Source: Elusimicrobiota bacterium
Lineage (GTDB): Bacteria > Elusimicrobiota > Elusimicrobia > UBA1565 > UBA9628
Direction: 5' to 3'
DNA: 64,000 nucleotides
Assembly (NCBI GenBank): GCA_016212855.1
Contig: JACRDP010000020.1
Coordinates: 3,920 to 67,919 of the forward strand
Of the stretch, positions 1-9,076 are shown in pieces. The position numbers were made by a program, and so were the translations under genes. The notes beneath the pieces were generated by a model, which ran no database searches, was not told the DNA's origin, and saw only the letters and a program-made list of their open reading frames with translations. Each line of letters starts with the position of its first letter. Within the stretch, counting starts at the first letter, position 1.

Positions 1-204
1 GAGGCTTTGACCGGGGCGCTGCCCTATCCGACGGGCGGGCTCATGATGAAGGCGCAGAAGATGTACCGCAAGCCGTCCGAGGCCGCCCCCGGACTGCGGC
101 CCGAGGTGGATGCGGCGATCGCTCGCGCGCTCGAGCCCCGGCCCGAGGACCGCTGGCCTTCCGCGTCGTCCTTCGTCGACGCCCTCGCCCGATCGCTGTC
201 GTAA
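1..204 (+). CDS. Ser/Thr protein kinase, C-terminal fragment (truncated by window edge)
   Basis: LTGALPY...DAAIARALEPRPEDRWPSA resembles Hanks kinase subdomains IX-XI. Confidence 0.75.
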   Translation, partial: EALTGALPYPTGGLMMKAQKMYRKPSEAAPGLRPEVDAAIARALEPRPEDRWPSASSFVDALARSLS

Positions 205-223
205 TGCTTCCGCGCTGAATCCC

Positions 224-1051
224 ATGAAGGTCAAACCGAAAAGAGTGCTCGGGATGGGTAAGACATCCTGGATCATCATCGGGTCATGGGCGCTGATGCT
301 GCTCGGTATCGGCCAATATTTGACTGAACGGCCGCGGGGCCCCACGGCCTCAGAGCGGCGGCTCGCGCGCATACAGGAAGAAGCTGTCGTCCTAGGCTCA
401 TCGCATCCGTGGGCAGGCAACTACTATCGCTCTGAGGTGAGCATGCACGTCGCCCCGCGCTCGGGCTACGCCCGAATAATGTCGTATTGCATCGGGCCCG
501 ACGACTACGAGGTCGGCAGCGTTCATGAGAAGGACGGCGCGATCATCTTGACGCAATCGTGGCCGACGGGCCGTTCTGAGTTATTCCCAGTTCGCTGGGG
601 CGCTCGTCGTTATTTGCTGGACAAGGACGAATTGATTAGTTTCGCTAACTACGTCAACGGCGGAACGGAGCCGCGTGCCGATTTACGCGGTTCCTTTTTT
701 CTCCGAGACGGGGATCAAAATATTTCCGTCAAGGGATTGCCAGATCTGCCTGAGCCCGGACGCTCACTGCTGCTCGCCAATCCGTTGAGTGCGAGAGTCA
801 TTCATGCAGGAGGTTATCGGCCCGCGGGTACGGAGTTCGGCAACCGTCAGCGCAACCGCGAGATCATCCTTGGAATAGGTCGGCGTTCAGGAGCGCGTGC
901 GCGGATGGAGTTTGTTAAATTAGGTGTTGGCAGGGCCACGATCGAACGAGTCGGAGAGAATTCATCTTTCGCGATGCTTCGGGAGGATGGAAAAACCGGC
1001 GAAGTCCAGAAGGGGCAGATGTTCTCGACGCGGTGGTACAGTTCGAAATGA
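224..1051 (+). CDS. Hypothetical membrane-anchored protein
   Basis: ATG at 224 inside ORF 110..1051; N-terminal hydrophobic helix WIIIGSWALMLLGIGQYL; lower GC than core genes. Confidence 0.6.
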   Translation: MKVKPKRVLGMGKTSWIIIGSWALMLLGIGQYLTERPRGPTASERRLARIQEEAVVLGSSHPWAGNYYRSEVSMHVAPRSGYARIMSYCIGPDDYEVGSVHEKDGAIILTQSWPTGRSELFPVRWGARRYLLDKDELISFANYVNGGTEPRADLRGSFFLRDGDQNISVKGLPDLPEPGRSLLLANPLSARVIHAGGYRPAGTEFGNRQRNREIILGIGRRSGARARMEFVKLGVGRATIERVGENSSFAMLREDGKTGEVQKGQMFSTRWYSSK

Positions 1052-1186
1052 AGGTGAAAGCTTCCTGGTGATCTCCCGCGAACAGGGACAGCCCTCGTCC
1101 GGTCCCTGTCGTAACCAGACGGTCCTCCAAGCGGCCTATGTCGTCATGGGCCAACTGCCCCAGGCGTGGAGTCGGAGATTCCGTTA

Positions 1187-1310
1187 TATACTGAACACGT
1201 CCTACGAGGGACGCTCTGTAACCCGGGGAATCGGCCCCGGGGCATCCACGACCCGACCTTAATCGGGTGAAACCCAGAGGAAGCGCTTAGGCGCTTCCTC
1301 TATTTATTTT
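1187..1310 (+). promoter_or_regulatory. Putative -10 box plus structured leader or small RNA
   Basis: TATACT 1187-1192, then hairpins CGTCC/GGACG, CCCGGGG/CCCCGGG and ACCCGA/TCGGGT, then a terminator. Confidence 0.5.
1276..1310 (+). terminator. Intrinsic terminator directly upstream of the lipoprotein RBS
   Basis: AGAGGAAGCGC-TTAG-GCGCTTCCTCT followed by ATTTATTTT. Confidence 0.75.
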
Positions 1311-1319
1311 GTGAGGAAC

Positions 1320-1979
1320 ATGATGAGGACGGCAGCCATAATCGTATGCAGCCTTCTCGCGGCGTCGGCGTGTAAGCAGAGTGAGTCAACTCCGATTCGC
1401 GAAGGCGGTACTGCTGCGTCCGAACAACCGCACGTCGATACAGAATATGCGGTGAAATCATCGAGTGGCGCCGTTGAAGTTACCCTGCAATTCCAGAAGA
1501 AAATGTTTGCAAGAGCCGAAATCCCGCGCTTTCAGATTCGTCTTAAGAATGTCGGGAAAAATAGAATTCGCCTGAACGACGGCATTTTTTTTGAACCCAG
1601 CGCGATAGGGCGCCAGAGTCGGCGCATTGCGGATGGCATTCGGCTTGAAGTTTTGACCTCAGGAGGAAAGCCGGCGTTGACATCTTTGGGTGATCGCCAT
1701 GGGGATCACCAATCGGATTACGATTCCGCGACACCTAAGCCAACCAGTCTTAATGCACGAGTTCCCGAACTTTGGTTGGAACCAGGGGCTACAGCTAAAA
1801 TGATCGGCGACGGCTTGCAGCCTGTTACCTTCTACATCCTGCCAATTGGTAAATACACGGCGCGGGTCGCTTATGACCGGTATATCTCACCGGCACAGGC
1901 CAAGAAATATGGATTAACTCCAAGTCCGGAGGATGTCCGCACCGAAACCCCGTACATTGAATTCGAGATTCTTCCTTGA
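1320..1979 (+). CDS. Hypothetical lipoprotein
   Basis: Lipobox-like LLAASA-C; GAGGA upstream; start may be 1311, 1320 or 1323. Confidence 0.65.
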   Translation: MMRTAAIIVCSLLAASACKQSESTPIREGGTAASEQPHVDTEYAVKSSSGAVEVTLQFQKKMFARAEIPRFQIRLKNVGKNRIRLNDGIFFEPSAIGRQSRRIADGIRLEVLTSGGKPALTSLGDRHGDHQSDYDSATPKPTSLNARVPELWLEPGATAKMIGDGLQPVTFYILPIGKYTARVAYDRYISPAQAKKYGLTPSPEDVRTETPYIEFEILP

Positions 1980-3394
1980 AGTATTCGATCCCACTCTTTT
2001 TGATTGCGGCGCTGTCGTTAAGGGCCGCTGCCATAGGGCCGGCGACCAGCCAGCAGCGCGATGTTATTCAGGGCTATCTTGATAAAGCCAAGGATATTCA
2101 GGAGCGCACCGACGGCATCAACGACAAAAAGAAACTGCTGGATGCCGCTGAAAAAGCGATAGATCGTAAGGAAGCGACGGTGGTTAAGCTTAAGAGTGAA
2201 ATTGCTGAACTTGAAAAACAATGCGACGTCGCTCGCACGGTTGCGATACACCTGACAATCAAGGCATTTGATTTGGCTCCCGTGGATTCCTCGGGCCGGC
2301 TGATTCTGCCGAAGGGAAAAGTCGTCATGAACGGAGCTTTTAAGAGTCGAGAAATCTTGTGGATACCTGTCTCCGGAAAAAATGAAGCGCGTCTTGCACT
2401 CAATGAGCGCGGGAAAGTGGTGACCGTGCCTCCGGCCGGAGACGCTCCGATAGCCTTTACGGCTACCGATGGCGTTACCCGCCTTTTCGATGGAAGCTAT
2501 ACGAGCCCAGGCTTGTTGGCCGCGACTCTTCTTCATGAGCGCACTCATTTCGAACAGTTCACGTCAGCCGGTACGGGAGATAAGCTCACCTACAACCAGA
2601 GAGAATTAAAAGCGTTGGAAGCTGAACGAGATGCGCGTTATAAATTGGGCCTTAATAGCGAAGAGTTGCAGCGGCAGGAGGATTTCCTGATTGGCGATCC
2701 GAGTAGGAATATTCGCGGGGCGCTGGATAAGTGGCGGGAGCTGGTGCGAGATGAAGCGCGGGCAAAACCGTTTGCGTGGCCTTGGGGTGGAGGACGTGGC
2801 GCACCGGAAGCTTTCCCCTCTGCCCCCGGGACTTACAAGGATTTGAAGGACAGATCGGATTCGATCGAGGCTGAATTGCTATCGGCCGAGAACGAAATGT
2901 TGGCGAAAATTGCGCAGCAGAAGCGGGAAGCCGAACTTTCCCAGCAGGCCATAGCCCGTCCGTATAACGGCGGCCTGCCGGAAGGTGTTGTCCCGGCGGC
3001 GCCGTACAAGCCCGGCGGCGATCATGCCGCCGCGATGCCGGTCCCGATTGATCTCACCATAGAGAGGGTCATGAAGAAGATTGGTCGGAGCGCCTGCTCC
3101 GTTCCGGTCGCCCCTTTCGATTCGGATTTGGCGGGGATTATGTGGTCGTCTTTCCGTAAAGATTTTGATTATCAAAGCCAAGAGACGGGAATGTCCGCCT
3201 GCGAACTGCGGGTCTATCGAAGACTCGTTAATTTCGGTCGCACGTGGTCGCAGGGAGCGAAAATCACCCCCGATGAAATTCGCGCTGAAGGGAACGTATC
3301 CTCCCCGTCTACCGGAGGCGGTGGAGGAAGAGGCGGGGTGATACCGCCTAAACAAGACCACAATGATGTGTGGCGGAAGTTCCCGACGCGTTAG
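1976..3394 (+). CDS. Secreted protein with HExxH zincin-like motif
   Basis: Signal peptide, coiled-coil region, LLHERTHFEQ with downstream E (QRELKA); TTGA overlap with upstream gene. Confidence 0.6.
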   Translation: MKYSIPLFLIAALSLRAAAIGPATSQQRDVIQGYLDKAKDIQERTDGINDKKKLLDAAEKAIDRKEATVVKLKSEIAELEKQCDVARTVAIHLTIKAFDLAPVDSSGRLILPKGKVVMNGAFKSREILWIPVSGKNEARLALNERGKVVTVPPAGDAPIAFTATDGVTRLFDGSYTSPGLLAATLLHERTHFEQFTSAGTGDKLTYNQRELKALEAERDARYKLGLNSEELQRQEDFLIGDPSRNIRGALDKWRELVRDEARAKPFAWPWGGGRGAPEAFPSAPGTYKDLKDRSDSIEAELLSAENEMLAKIAQQKREAELSQQAIARPYNGGLPEGVVPAAPYKPGGDHAAAMPVPIDLTIERVMKKIGRSACSVPVAPFDSDLAGIMWSSFRKDFDYQSQETGMSACELRVYRRLVNFGRTWSQGAKITPDEIRAEGNVSSPSTGGGGGRGGVIPPKQDHNDVWRKFPTR

Positions 3395-3441
3395 GCGAGG
3401 CTTTCTGAAGCGTTAGGACCTCGCCCGATCCCCGTCCTAGT

Positions 3442-3456
3442 TGGTACAATGCCCGC
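3442..3456 (+). promoter_or_regulatory. Extended -10 promoter, probable leaderless hemB mRNA
   Basis: TG-G-TACAAT, 6 nt, ATG; no Shine-Dalgarno. Confidence 0.65.
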
Positions 3457-4428
3457 ATGGCATTCCCGACGACGCGCGCGAGACGTCTGCGCGCGACCCC
3501 CGCGCTGCGCGCCCTGATCCGCGAGACCGAACTGTCCGCCAAGGACTTCATCCTGCCGCTGTTCATCCGCCCCGGCAAGGGCGAGAAGCGCCCGATCTCG
3601 TCGATGCCCGGCCATTTTCAGTATTCCGTGGACACCGCGGTGAAGGCCGCCGGCGAAGCCGTGAAGCTGGGCGTGCCCGGCGTGATCCTCTTCGGGATTC
3701 CCGATAAGAAGGACGGCAAGGCCTCCGGCGCCTACTCGGACAGCGGCATAGTGCAGAAGGCCGCGAAGGCGATCAAGCACCAGTACCCCAATCTGCTTCT
3801 CATCGCCGACCTGTGCTTCTGCGAGTACACCGACCACGGCCACTGCGGAATCGTCAAGAACGGGAAGGTGCTCAACGATCCGACCTTGGCGCTCGCGGCG
3901 AAAACCGCCGTGTCCCAGGCGAAGGCCGGCTTCGACGTGATCGCGCCCTCGGGCATGATGGACGGCCAGGTCGGCGCGATCCGCAAGGCGCTCGACGGCG
4001 CCGGCTACATCGACACGCCGATCTTGGCCTACGCCGCGAAGTACGCGAGCGCCTACTACGGGCCCTTCCGCGAGGCCGCGGAGAGCCCGCCCAGCTTCGG
4101 CGACCGCACGACCTACCAGATGGACCCGGCGAACTTCGACGAGGCGCTGCGCGAGGTCGCGCTCGACGTCCAGGAAGGAGCCGACATGGTGATGGTCAAG
4201 CCCGCGTTGCCCTATCTCGACGTGCTCAAGGCCGTGAAGACGCGCTTCGGCCTGCCCACGGCGGCGTACCAGGTGTCGGGCGAGTTCGCGATGATCAAGG
4301 CCGCGGCGGCGAAGGGCTGGGTGGACGAGCGCAAGATCGCGCTCGAGTCGCTCACGTCGATCAAGCGCGCCGGCGCGGATTTTATTTTGACCTACTACGC
4401 CCTCGAGGCCGCCAAATGGCTCGCATGA
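3457..4428 (+). CDS. hemB: Porphobilinogen synthase (delta-aminolevulinate dehydratase)
   Basis: [14 protein letters not shown] zinc motif, [15 protein letters not shown]. Confidence 0.97.
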   Translation: MAFPTTRARRLRATPALRALIRETELSAKDFILPLFIRPGKGEKRPISSMPGHFQYSVDTAVKAAGEAVKLGVPGVILFGIPDKKDGKASGAYSDSGIVQKAAKAIKHQYPNLLLIADLCFCEYTDHGHCGIVKNGKVLNDPTLALAAKTAVSQAKAGFDVIAPSGMMDGQVGAIRKALDGAGYIDTPILAYAAKYASAYYGPFREAAESPPSFGDRTTYQMDPANFDEALREVALDVQEGADMVMVKPALPYLDVLKAVKTRFGLPTAAYQVSGEFAMIKAAAAKGWVDERKIALESLTSIKRAGADFILTYYALEAAKWLA

Positions 4429-5720
4429 AGAAAGAGAAGCCCGCCAATTTGAAGAAGCTGTTCGCGCGCGCCCGCAAATCGCTCGTCGGCGGCGTGAACT
4501 CGCCGGTGCGGGCGTTTAAGTCGGTAGGCGGCACGCCGCTGTTCGTGCGCTCGGGCACGGGTGCGTGGATCCGCGGGGCTGACGGCAAGTCGTATGTCGA
4601 CTTCTGCCTGTCGTGGGGCCCGCTCATGTTCGGCCACGCGCGGCGCGAGATCGTCGCGGCGGCGCAGACCGCGCTCGCGCGCGGCTCGACGTTCGGCGCG
4701 GCGACGGAGGGGGAAGTCATCCTCGCCGAGAAGATTAAGGAAGCTTTGCCCTCGATCGAACTGCTGCGCATGACGAGCTCGGGCACCGAGGCCGGCATGA
4801 GCGCGGCGCGGGCCGCGCGCGCCTTCACCAAGCGCGACCTGATCATCAAGTTCGCCGGCTGCTATCACGGCCACTTCGACAGCTTGCTCGTCGCCGCCGG
4901 CTCGGGCGCGACGACGCTTGGAATTCCCGACTCCGCCGGAGTTCCCAAGTCGTTCGCGGCCACGACCATCGTGGTCCCGTTCAATGATCTCAACGCCGTT
5001 GAGAACGCGTTTAAGAAAAACAAAGGAAAAATTGCGGCTGTGTTCGTGGAGCCTATTCCGGCCAACATGGGAGTCGTATTTCCCAAGGCAGGGTTTTTGG
5101 AAGGACTACGGAAGATCACTCGACGGGAGAAATCTCTACTCATCTTCGACGAGGTGATCACGGGTTTTCGTGTCGCCTACGGCGGCGCGCAGACCCTGTC
5201 CGGTATCAAGCCCGATTTGACCATCCTCGGCAAAATTGTCGGCGGCGGCCTGCCGCTGGCCGTCTACGGCGGGCGCAAGGACGTCATGTCCATGATCGCC
5301 CCCGAGGGCCCGGCCTACCAGGCGGGAACGTTGTCGGGGAACCCGGTCGCGGTCGCGGCCGGAACGGCGATGCTCGATCTTCTCAAGCGCGAGGACCCGT
5401 ATCACCGCATGAGCCAGCTCGCGGAGTACTTCTGCGAGGGCCTGCGCGGGGCGGCGATCGCGGCGGGCGTGCCGCTGCGCATTCAGTCCTTCGGCTCGAT
5501 GTTCACGCCGTTCTTCATCGACGGCGGGATCGTGACCGACTACAAGAGCGCGATGAAGGCCGACAAGAAGGCGTACGGCCGGTACTTCCAGGGAATGCTC
5601 AAGCGCGGCGTGTACCTGCCGCCGGCGCAGTGGGAGGCGGCCTTCGTCTCCTACGCGCACACCGACCGCGAACTCGACTTCGCGCTGTCGGCGGCCCTCG
5701 GCGCCCTGAAAGTTCTTTAG
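4425..5720 (+). CDS. hemL: Glutamate-1-semialdehyde 2,1-aminomutase
   Basis: [44 protein letters not shown]; ATGA overlap with hemB. Confidence 0.97.
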   Translation: MKKEKPANLKKLFARARKSLVGGVNSPVRAFKSVGGTPLFVRSGTGAWIRGADGKSYVDFCLSWGPLMFGHARREIVAAAQTALARGSTFGAATEGEVILAEKIKEALPSIELLRMTSSGTEAGMSAARAARAFTKRDLIIKFAGCYHGHFDSLLVAAGSGATTLGIPDSAGVPKSFAATTIVVPFNDLNAVENAFKKNKGKIAAVFVEPIPANMGVVFPKAGFLEGLRKITRREKSLLIFDEVITGFRVAYGGAQTLSGIKPDLTILGKIVGGGLPLAVYGGRKDVMSMIAPEGPAYQAGTLSGNPVAVAAGTAMLDLLKREDPYHRMSQLAEYFCEGLRGAAIAAGVPLRIQSFGSMFTPFFIDGGIVTDYKSAMKADKKAYGRYFQGMLKRGVYLPPAQWEAAFVSYAHTDRELDFALSAALGALKVL

Positions 5721-5742
5721 GTCCGGGCGCAAGCGCCCGGAC
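5721..5742. terminator. GC hairpin between convergent hemL and BI-1 genes
   Basis: GTCCGGGCGC-AA-GCGCCCGGAC; no clear U-tract. Confidence 0.5.
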
Positions 5743-5773
5743 ACAGAAGCCGGTATGGAATAACTCCTAGCTT

Positions 5774-6475
5774 CTAGTCGCGGCGGCGGCCCGTCGCCCG
5801 CAGCAGGCTCAGGAACAGGTTGATGAAGTCGAGGTACAACATCAACGCGCCGGAGATCGCTTCCTTGCCGTCCTCGTCGGTGCCGTCGTTGCCGAGGGTG
5901 TTCATCGCCTTGATCTTCTGCGTGTCGTAGGCGGTGAGGCCGACGAAGATCAGTATCCCGAGATAGGAGGTGACCATCTCCACGGCCGTGCTCTGCACGA
6001 ACCAGTTGACCACCGAGGCGAGGATGATCCCGAGCAGGCCCATCATGCAGAAGTTGCCCATCGAGGTTAGGTCGGTCTTGGTCATGTAGCCGTAGGCGCT
6101 CATCGCGCCGAACATCCCGGCGGTCATGAAGAAGGTCGAGGCGATGGAGCCGCGGGTGTAGATGAGGAAGATCACCGACAGCGTGACGCCGCTCAAGGCC
6201 GAGTAGAAGAGGAACGCGAAGCGCGCGGTCCCGACGTCCATCGTCTTGACCCAGCCCGAGAGGTAGACGACGAGGCCGAGCTCGGCCAGCATGAGGCCGT
6301 AGAAGAGGATCTTGGTCTGGACCAAGGCCACGATCATGCGCGGATCGGAGGCCATGTACAGGGCGCAGGCGCCGGTGACGGCCAGGCCCAGGCTCATCCA
6401 GGCGTAGACCTTCTGAATGAAGGAGCGGGTTTCGATTTCGGCGGCGGACAGCAGGCCCGGAGGGTTGTAGCTCAT
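5774..6475 (-). CDS. Bax inhibitor-1/YccA family membrane protein
   Basis: Multiple TM helices; FIQKVYAWM, GLTAYDTQKIK, GALMLYLDFINLF; start reassigned to ATG 6475. Confidence 0.92.
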   Translation of the reverse strand: MSYNPPGLLSAAEIETRSFIQKVYAWMSLGLAVTGACALYMASDPRMIVALVQTKILFYGLMLAELGLVVYLSGWVKTMDVGTARFAFLFYSALSGVTLSVIFLIYTRGSIASTFFMTAGMFGAMSAYGYMTKTDLTSMGNFCMMGLLGIILASVVNWFVQSTAVEMVTSYLGILIFVGLTAYDTQKIKAMNTLGNDGTDEDGKEAISGALMLYLDFINLFLSLLRATGRRRD

Positions 6476-6482
6476 AAGGAAG

Positions 6483-6547
6483 AGTGTAGGACGCCCGGGG
6501 ACCGCCGTCAAGACTCCCTTGACAGCGCCAGTTCCCGGGGCTACACT
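6483..6547. promoter_or_regulatory. Back-to-back divergent sigma70 promoters
   Basis: Minus: TTGACG(6511-6506)-17-TACACT(6488-6483), 7 nt to ATG. Plus: TTGACA(6519-6524)-17-TACACT(6542-6547). Confidence 0.75.
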
Positions 6548-6572
6548 GGCGAAGACGTCGGAGGACCCCTCT

Positions 6573-8675
6573 ATGATCACCCCTCGCCTCCTGTTAGCGT
6601 TGGCTTTGTCCGTCTTTTCTCTCGGCGCCTTCGCCCAGACCGCGCCCGTTCCGGCGCCCGAGAAGGGCGACACGGAGACCGCCCTCAAGGAACTGCCGCC
6701 CCTCAGGGTCATGGGCACCGAGGCGCCCGCCATCGTGGTCTCCGCCGAGTCCGTCAAGGCGCTGGAGAAGCTCGGCTGGAAGACTCAGAAGGACGGCTCG
6801 CTCGAGCGCATCGAGGGCGGCCCGGAGAAAGGCCTGATCCCAGCGGAATACCTGCGCAAGGCCGACATCAAGTGGCGCGAAGGCGCGCTGTACTTCGCCA
6901 ATTCGCCGTACAAGGTCCGCGACGAGCTTTTGGCCCCGATCCTCAACGGGCTGAGAACGTTCACGGACACGGCGCGGACGCCGCGCAAGGAAGCCGGAAT
7001 GAAGCTCGCCGCCTGGGGCCTGCCGCCGTCCGTCGATGGGCGCCGGCTTTACAACGCCGGCGGCGACGCGACTTACTATGGGATGATCCTGCATTATTTC
7101 TTCAAGACGAAGCCCGAACAGGTGGCGGCCCTCGGGGTTCAGCGGACGTCCCAGGCTCTGAGCCTCATCGATCACGCCTACGGCCAGGCCTTCCATCACC
7201 AGAGGCCGGACATCGCCCAAACCGATCTGGACCGCGCGCGCCTGCTGCTGTTCGCTCCGCCGCGCGCGGGCGAGACCCCGCTGTTGCCGGGCGGCGTGAA
7301 GGCGCGCCCCGATCCGACCGCGATGCTGGCCGATTATAAGAAGAAGCTCGAGGCCGAGCTCGCCGACGCGACGAAGGTGGGCGACGATCTCCGCCGCAAG
7401 GACTCCGCCGAGGCTCTCGCCGTGCTCAACGCTCTCGAGAAGCAGCGCTTCCACGCGTCCCTCGATCTGACGCCGGTGCCCCCGCCGGGCGGCGAAAAGA
7501 AGCCGCCCATTCCGGGAGGGCCGTACGTGATCACTCCTTTCGGCGGTGAGGACCCGGCTAAGAAGGCTCCCTACGTCGAGCTCGCCACGGGCCTTCCGGG
7601 CGTGCTGCGCACGCTCGAACGCCTTGGTCCGATGAGCGACGAGCAGAAGGAGAATTTGATCCGGTCTTTCCCGATGGGCGACCTGGTCTGGCGCATGGGC
7701 GCCCAGAATCTCTGGGCGCAAGGACTCACCGGCAAGGGCGTCAAGGTCGCGGTCATCGCCGAGAATCCCGAGCTCAAGAGCGCGGTCAAGGATCGCGTCA
7801 ATTTCACGGCCGCCGACGGCGTCGAGGCCGTCGGATCGCACGGCACACACGTCTCGGGCATCATCCACGCGCTGGCGCCGGATGCGGAGCTGCGCGGCTA
7901 TGCGGTGTTTCAGGGCGGCAGTTTCGGGGGTAATGACCGCCTGCGCGAGAATCCCGAGAAGCCGATCATCGACGCGATCCATCGCGCCGTCAAGGACGGC
8001 AACATGATCATCAATATGAGCCTCGGCTCCGGCGACAGCCCGGGCGCCGAGATGGCGCGCGTGGTCGAGGAGTACGCGAAGAAGGGCGTGGTCTTCGTCA
8101 TCGCCGCCGGCAACAGCCGCAACTACAGCGGCGGCATCGACGCCCCGTCCTCGGCGCCCTCGGCGGTCACGGTCGGCGCGCTCGATTCCGCGGGGCGCAT
8201 GTCGGACTTCACCAACTTCGGCGACCGCTTCGACCCGAAGAAGCTGACCTCGGTGGTCAAGGAAGTGTTCATGACCCCGGGCTCGAACATCGTCTCGACC
8301 ATGCCGCCGCCGCAGTTCTCCTTCATGGGCGACGGCGGGACCGAATACGCGTCCATGAGCGGCACCTCGATGGCGACTCCCGCTTTGGCCGGCGTCAGCG
8401 CCTTGCTCGTGCAGGACATGACCATCGTGCCCAATCCCGTGAACATGGCCGAGCGGCTCAAGTCGGCGCTGCGCGCGGGCGGCGAGCCCATCTCGCTCGA
8501 CAAACTGCCGCCGAACGTGCCCATCGACCAGCCCTTCATCGTGGTCAACCCGCTCAAGGCGCTGGAGAGCCTGCGCAAGGACGCCGTTCCCGTCGTCGAC
8601 AATACGGCGGCTCCCCTGAAGCGTCCCAACGTCGGCCCTCCCAAGAAGCTCCTCGGGCCGGACGTCGAACAATGA
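6573..8675 (+). CDS. Secreted S8 subtilisin-family protein with long N-terminal region; catalytic Asp apparently missing
   Basis: GGAGG RBS, signal peptide, HGTHVSGII, AAGN, SGTSMATP; Asp motif reads GKGVKVAVI-AENPEL. Confidence 0.85.
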   Translation: MITPRLLLALALSVFSLGAFAQTAPVPAPEKGDTETALKELPPLRVMGTEAPAIVVSAESVKALEKLGWKTQKDGSLERIEGGPEKGLIPAEYLRKADIKWREGALYFANSPYKVRDELLAPILNGLRTFTDTARTPRKEAGMKLAAWGLPPSVDGRRLYNAGGDATYYGMILHYFFKTKPEQVAALGVQRTSQALSLIDHAYGQAFHHQRPDIAQTDLDRARLLLFAPPRAGETPLLPGGVKARPDPTAMLADYKKKLEAELADATKVGDDLRRKDSAEALAVLNALEKQRFHASLDLTPVPPPGGEKKPPIPGGPYVITPFGGEDPAKKAPYVELATGLPGVLRTLERLGPMSDEQKENLIRSFPMGDLVWRMGAQNLWAQGLTGKGVKVAVIAENPELKSAVKDRVNFTAADGVEAVGSHGTHVSGIIHALAPDAELRGYAVFQGGSFGGNDRLRENPEKPIIDAIHRAVKDGNMIINMSLGSGDSPGAEMARVVEEYAKKGVVFVIAAGNSRNYSGGIDAPSSAPSAVTVGALDSAGRMSDFTNFGDRFDPKKLTSVVKEVFMTPGSNIVSTMPPPQFSFMGDGGTEYASMSGTSMATPALAGVSALLVQDMTIVPNPVNMAERLKSALRAGGEPISLDKLPPNVPIDQPFIVVNPLKALESLRKDAVPVVDNTAAPLKRPNVGPPKKLLGPDVEQ

Positions 8676-9070
8676 GCTGGCGGATCAAGCGCGTCGACCC
8701 GTACTGGCTGAGCAATCCTCTCGTCTACGGAGGCGCCGTCGCGTCCGCCATACTGGGCGTTTACGGCGCGGGCGCGGGCTCGACCGCGGCGACTTTGGTC
8801 GGCGGGCTCGGGTTCTGCACGACGATCTTCCTGGCGGCCCGGCCGGCCCTGTCGGCCGTGTTCGCGACGGTCGGCCTGCTCGGCGGCGCGGCCGCCTTCC
8901 TCTTCAGCGCGAATCCGGGCATGGGACTTTTGATGCGCCTGGTGTGGACGGGGGGCTTCGGCCTCATCTACATGACCGTGATGAACGTCGTCTTGCTCGG
9001 CGTGTCCGCGCTGTACAACGCCTTCACGCGAGCGGGCTTCTCCGGCCTCAGCCTGAGCTTGGAGAGCTGA
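8672..9070 (+). CDS. Small multi-pass membrane protein
   Basis: About four hydrophobic segments; ATGA overlap with S8 gene. Confidence 0.7.
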   Translation: MSWRIKRVDPYWLSNPLVYGGAVASAILGVYGAGAGSTAATLVGGLGFCTTIFLAARPALSAVFATVGLLGGAAAFLFSANPGMGLLMRLVWTGGFGLIYMTVMNVVLLGVSALYNAFTRAGFSGLSLSLES

Positions 9071-9076
9071 CGCCGC

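Noticed and set aside
1191-1275. Hammerhead ribozyme resemblance (CTGA...GTCC/GGAC, later GAAA)
   Set aside because: The core CUGANGA and the GAAA directly after stem II are absent
3813-4424. Long N-terminal extensions in the ORF track for hemL, accC, pbpC, gatC, tsaC, rfaE2, the response regulator and others
   Set aside because: They run through upstream genes in another frame; true starts sit at stop/start overlaps where family homology begins
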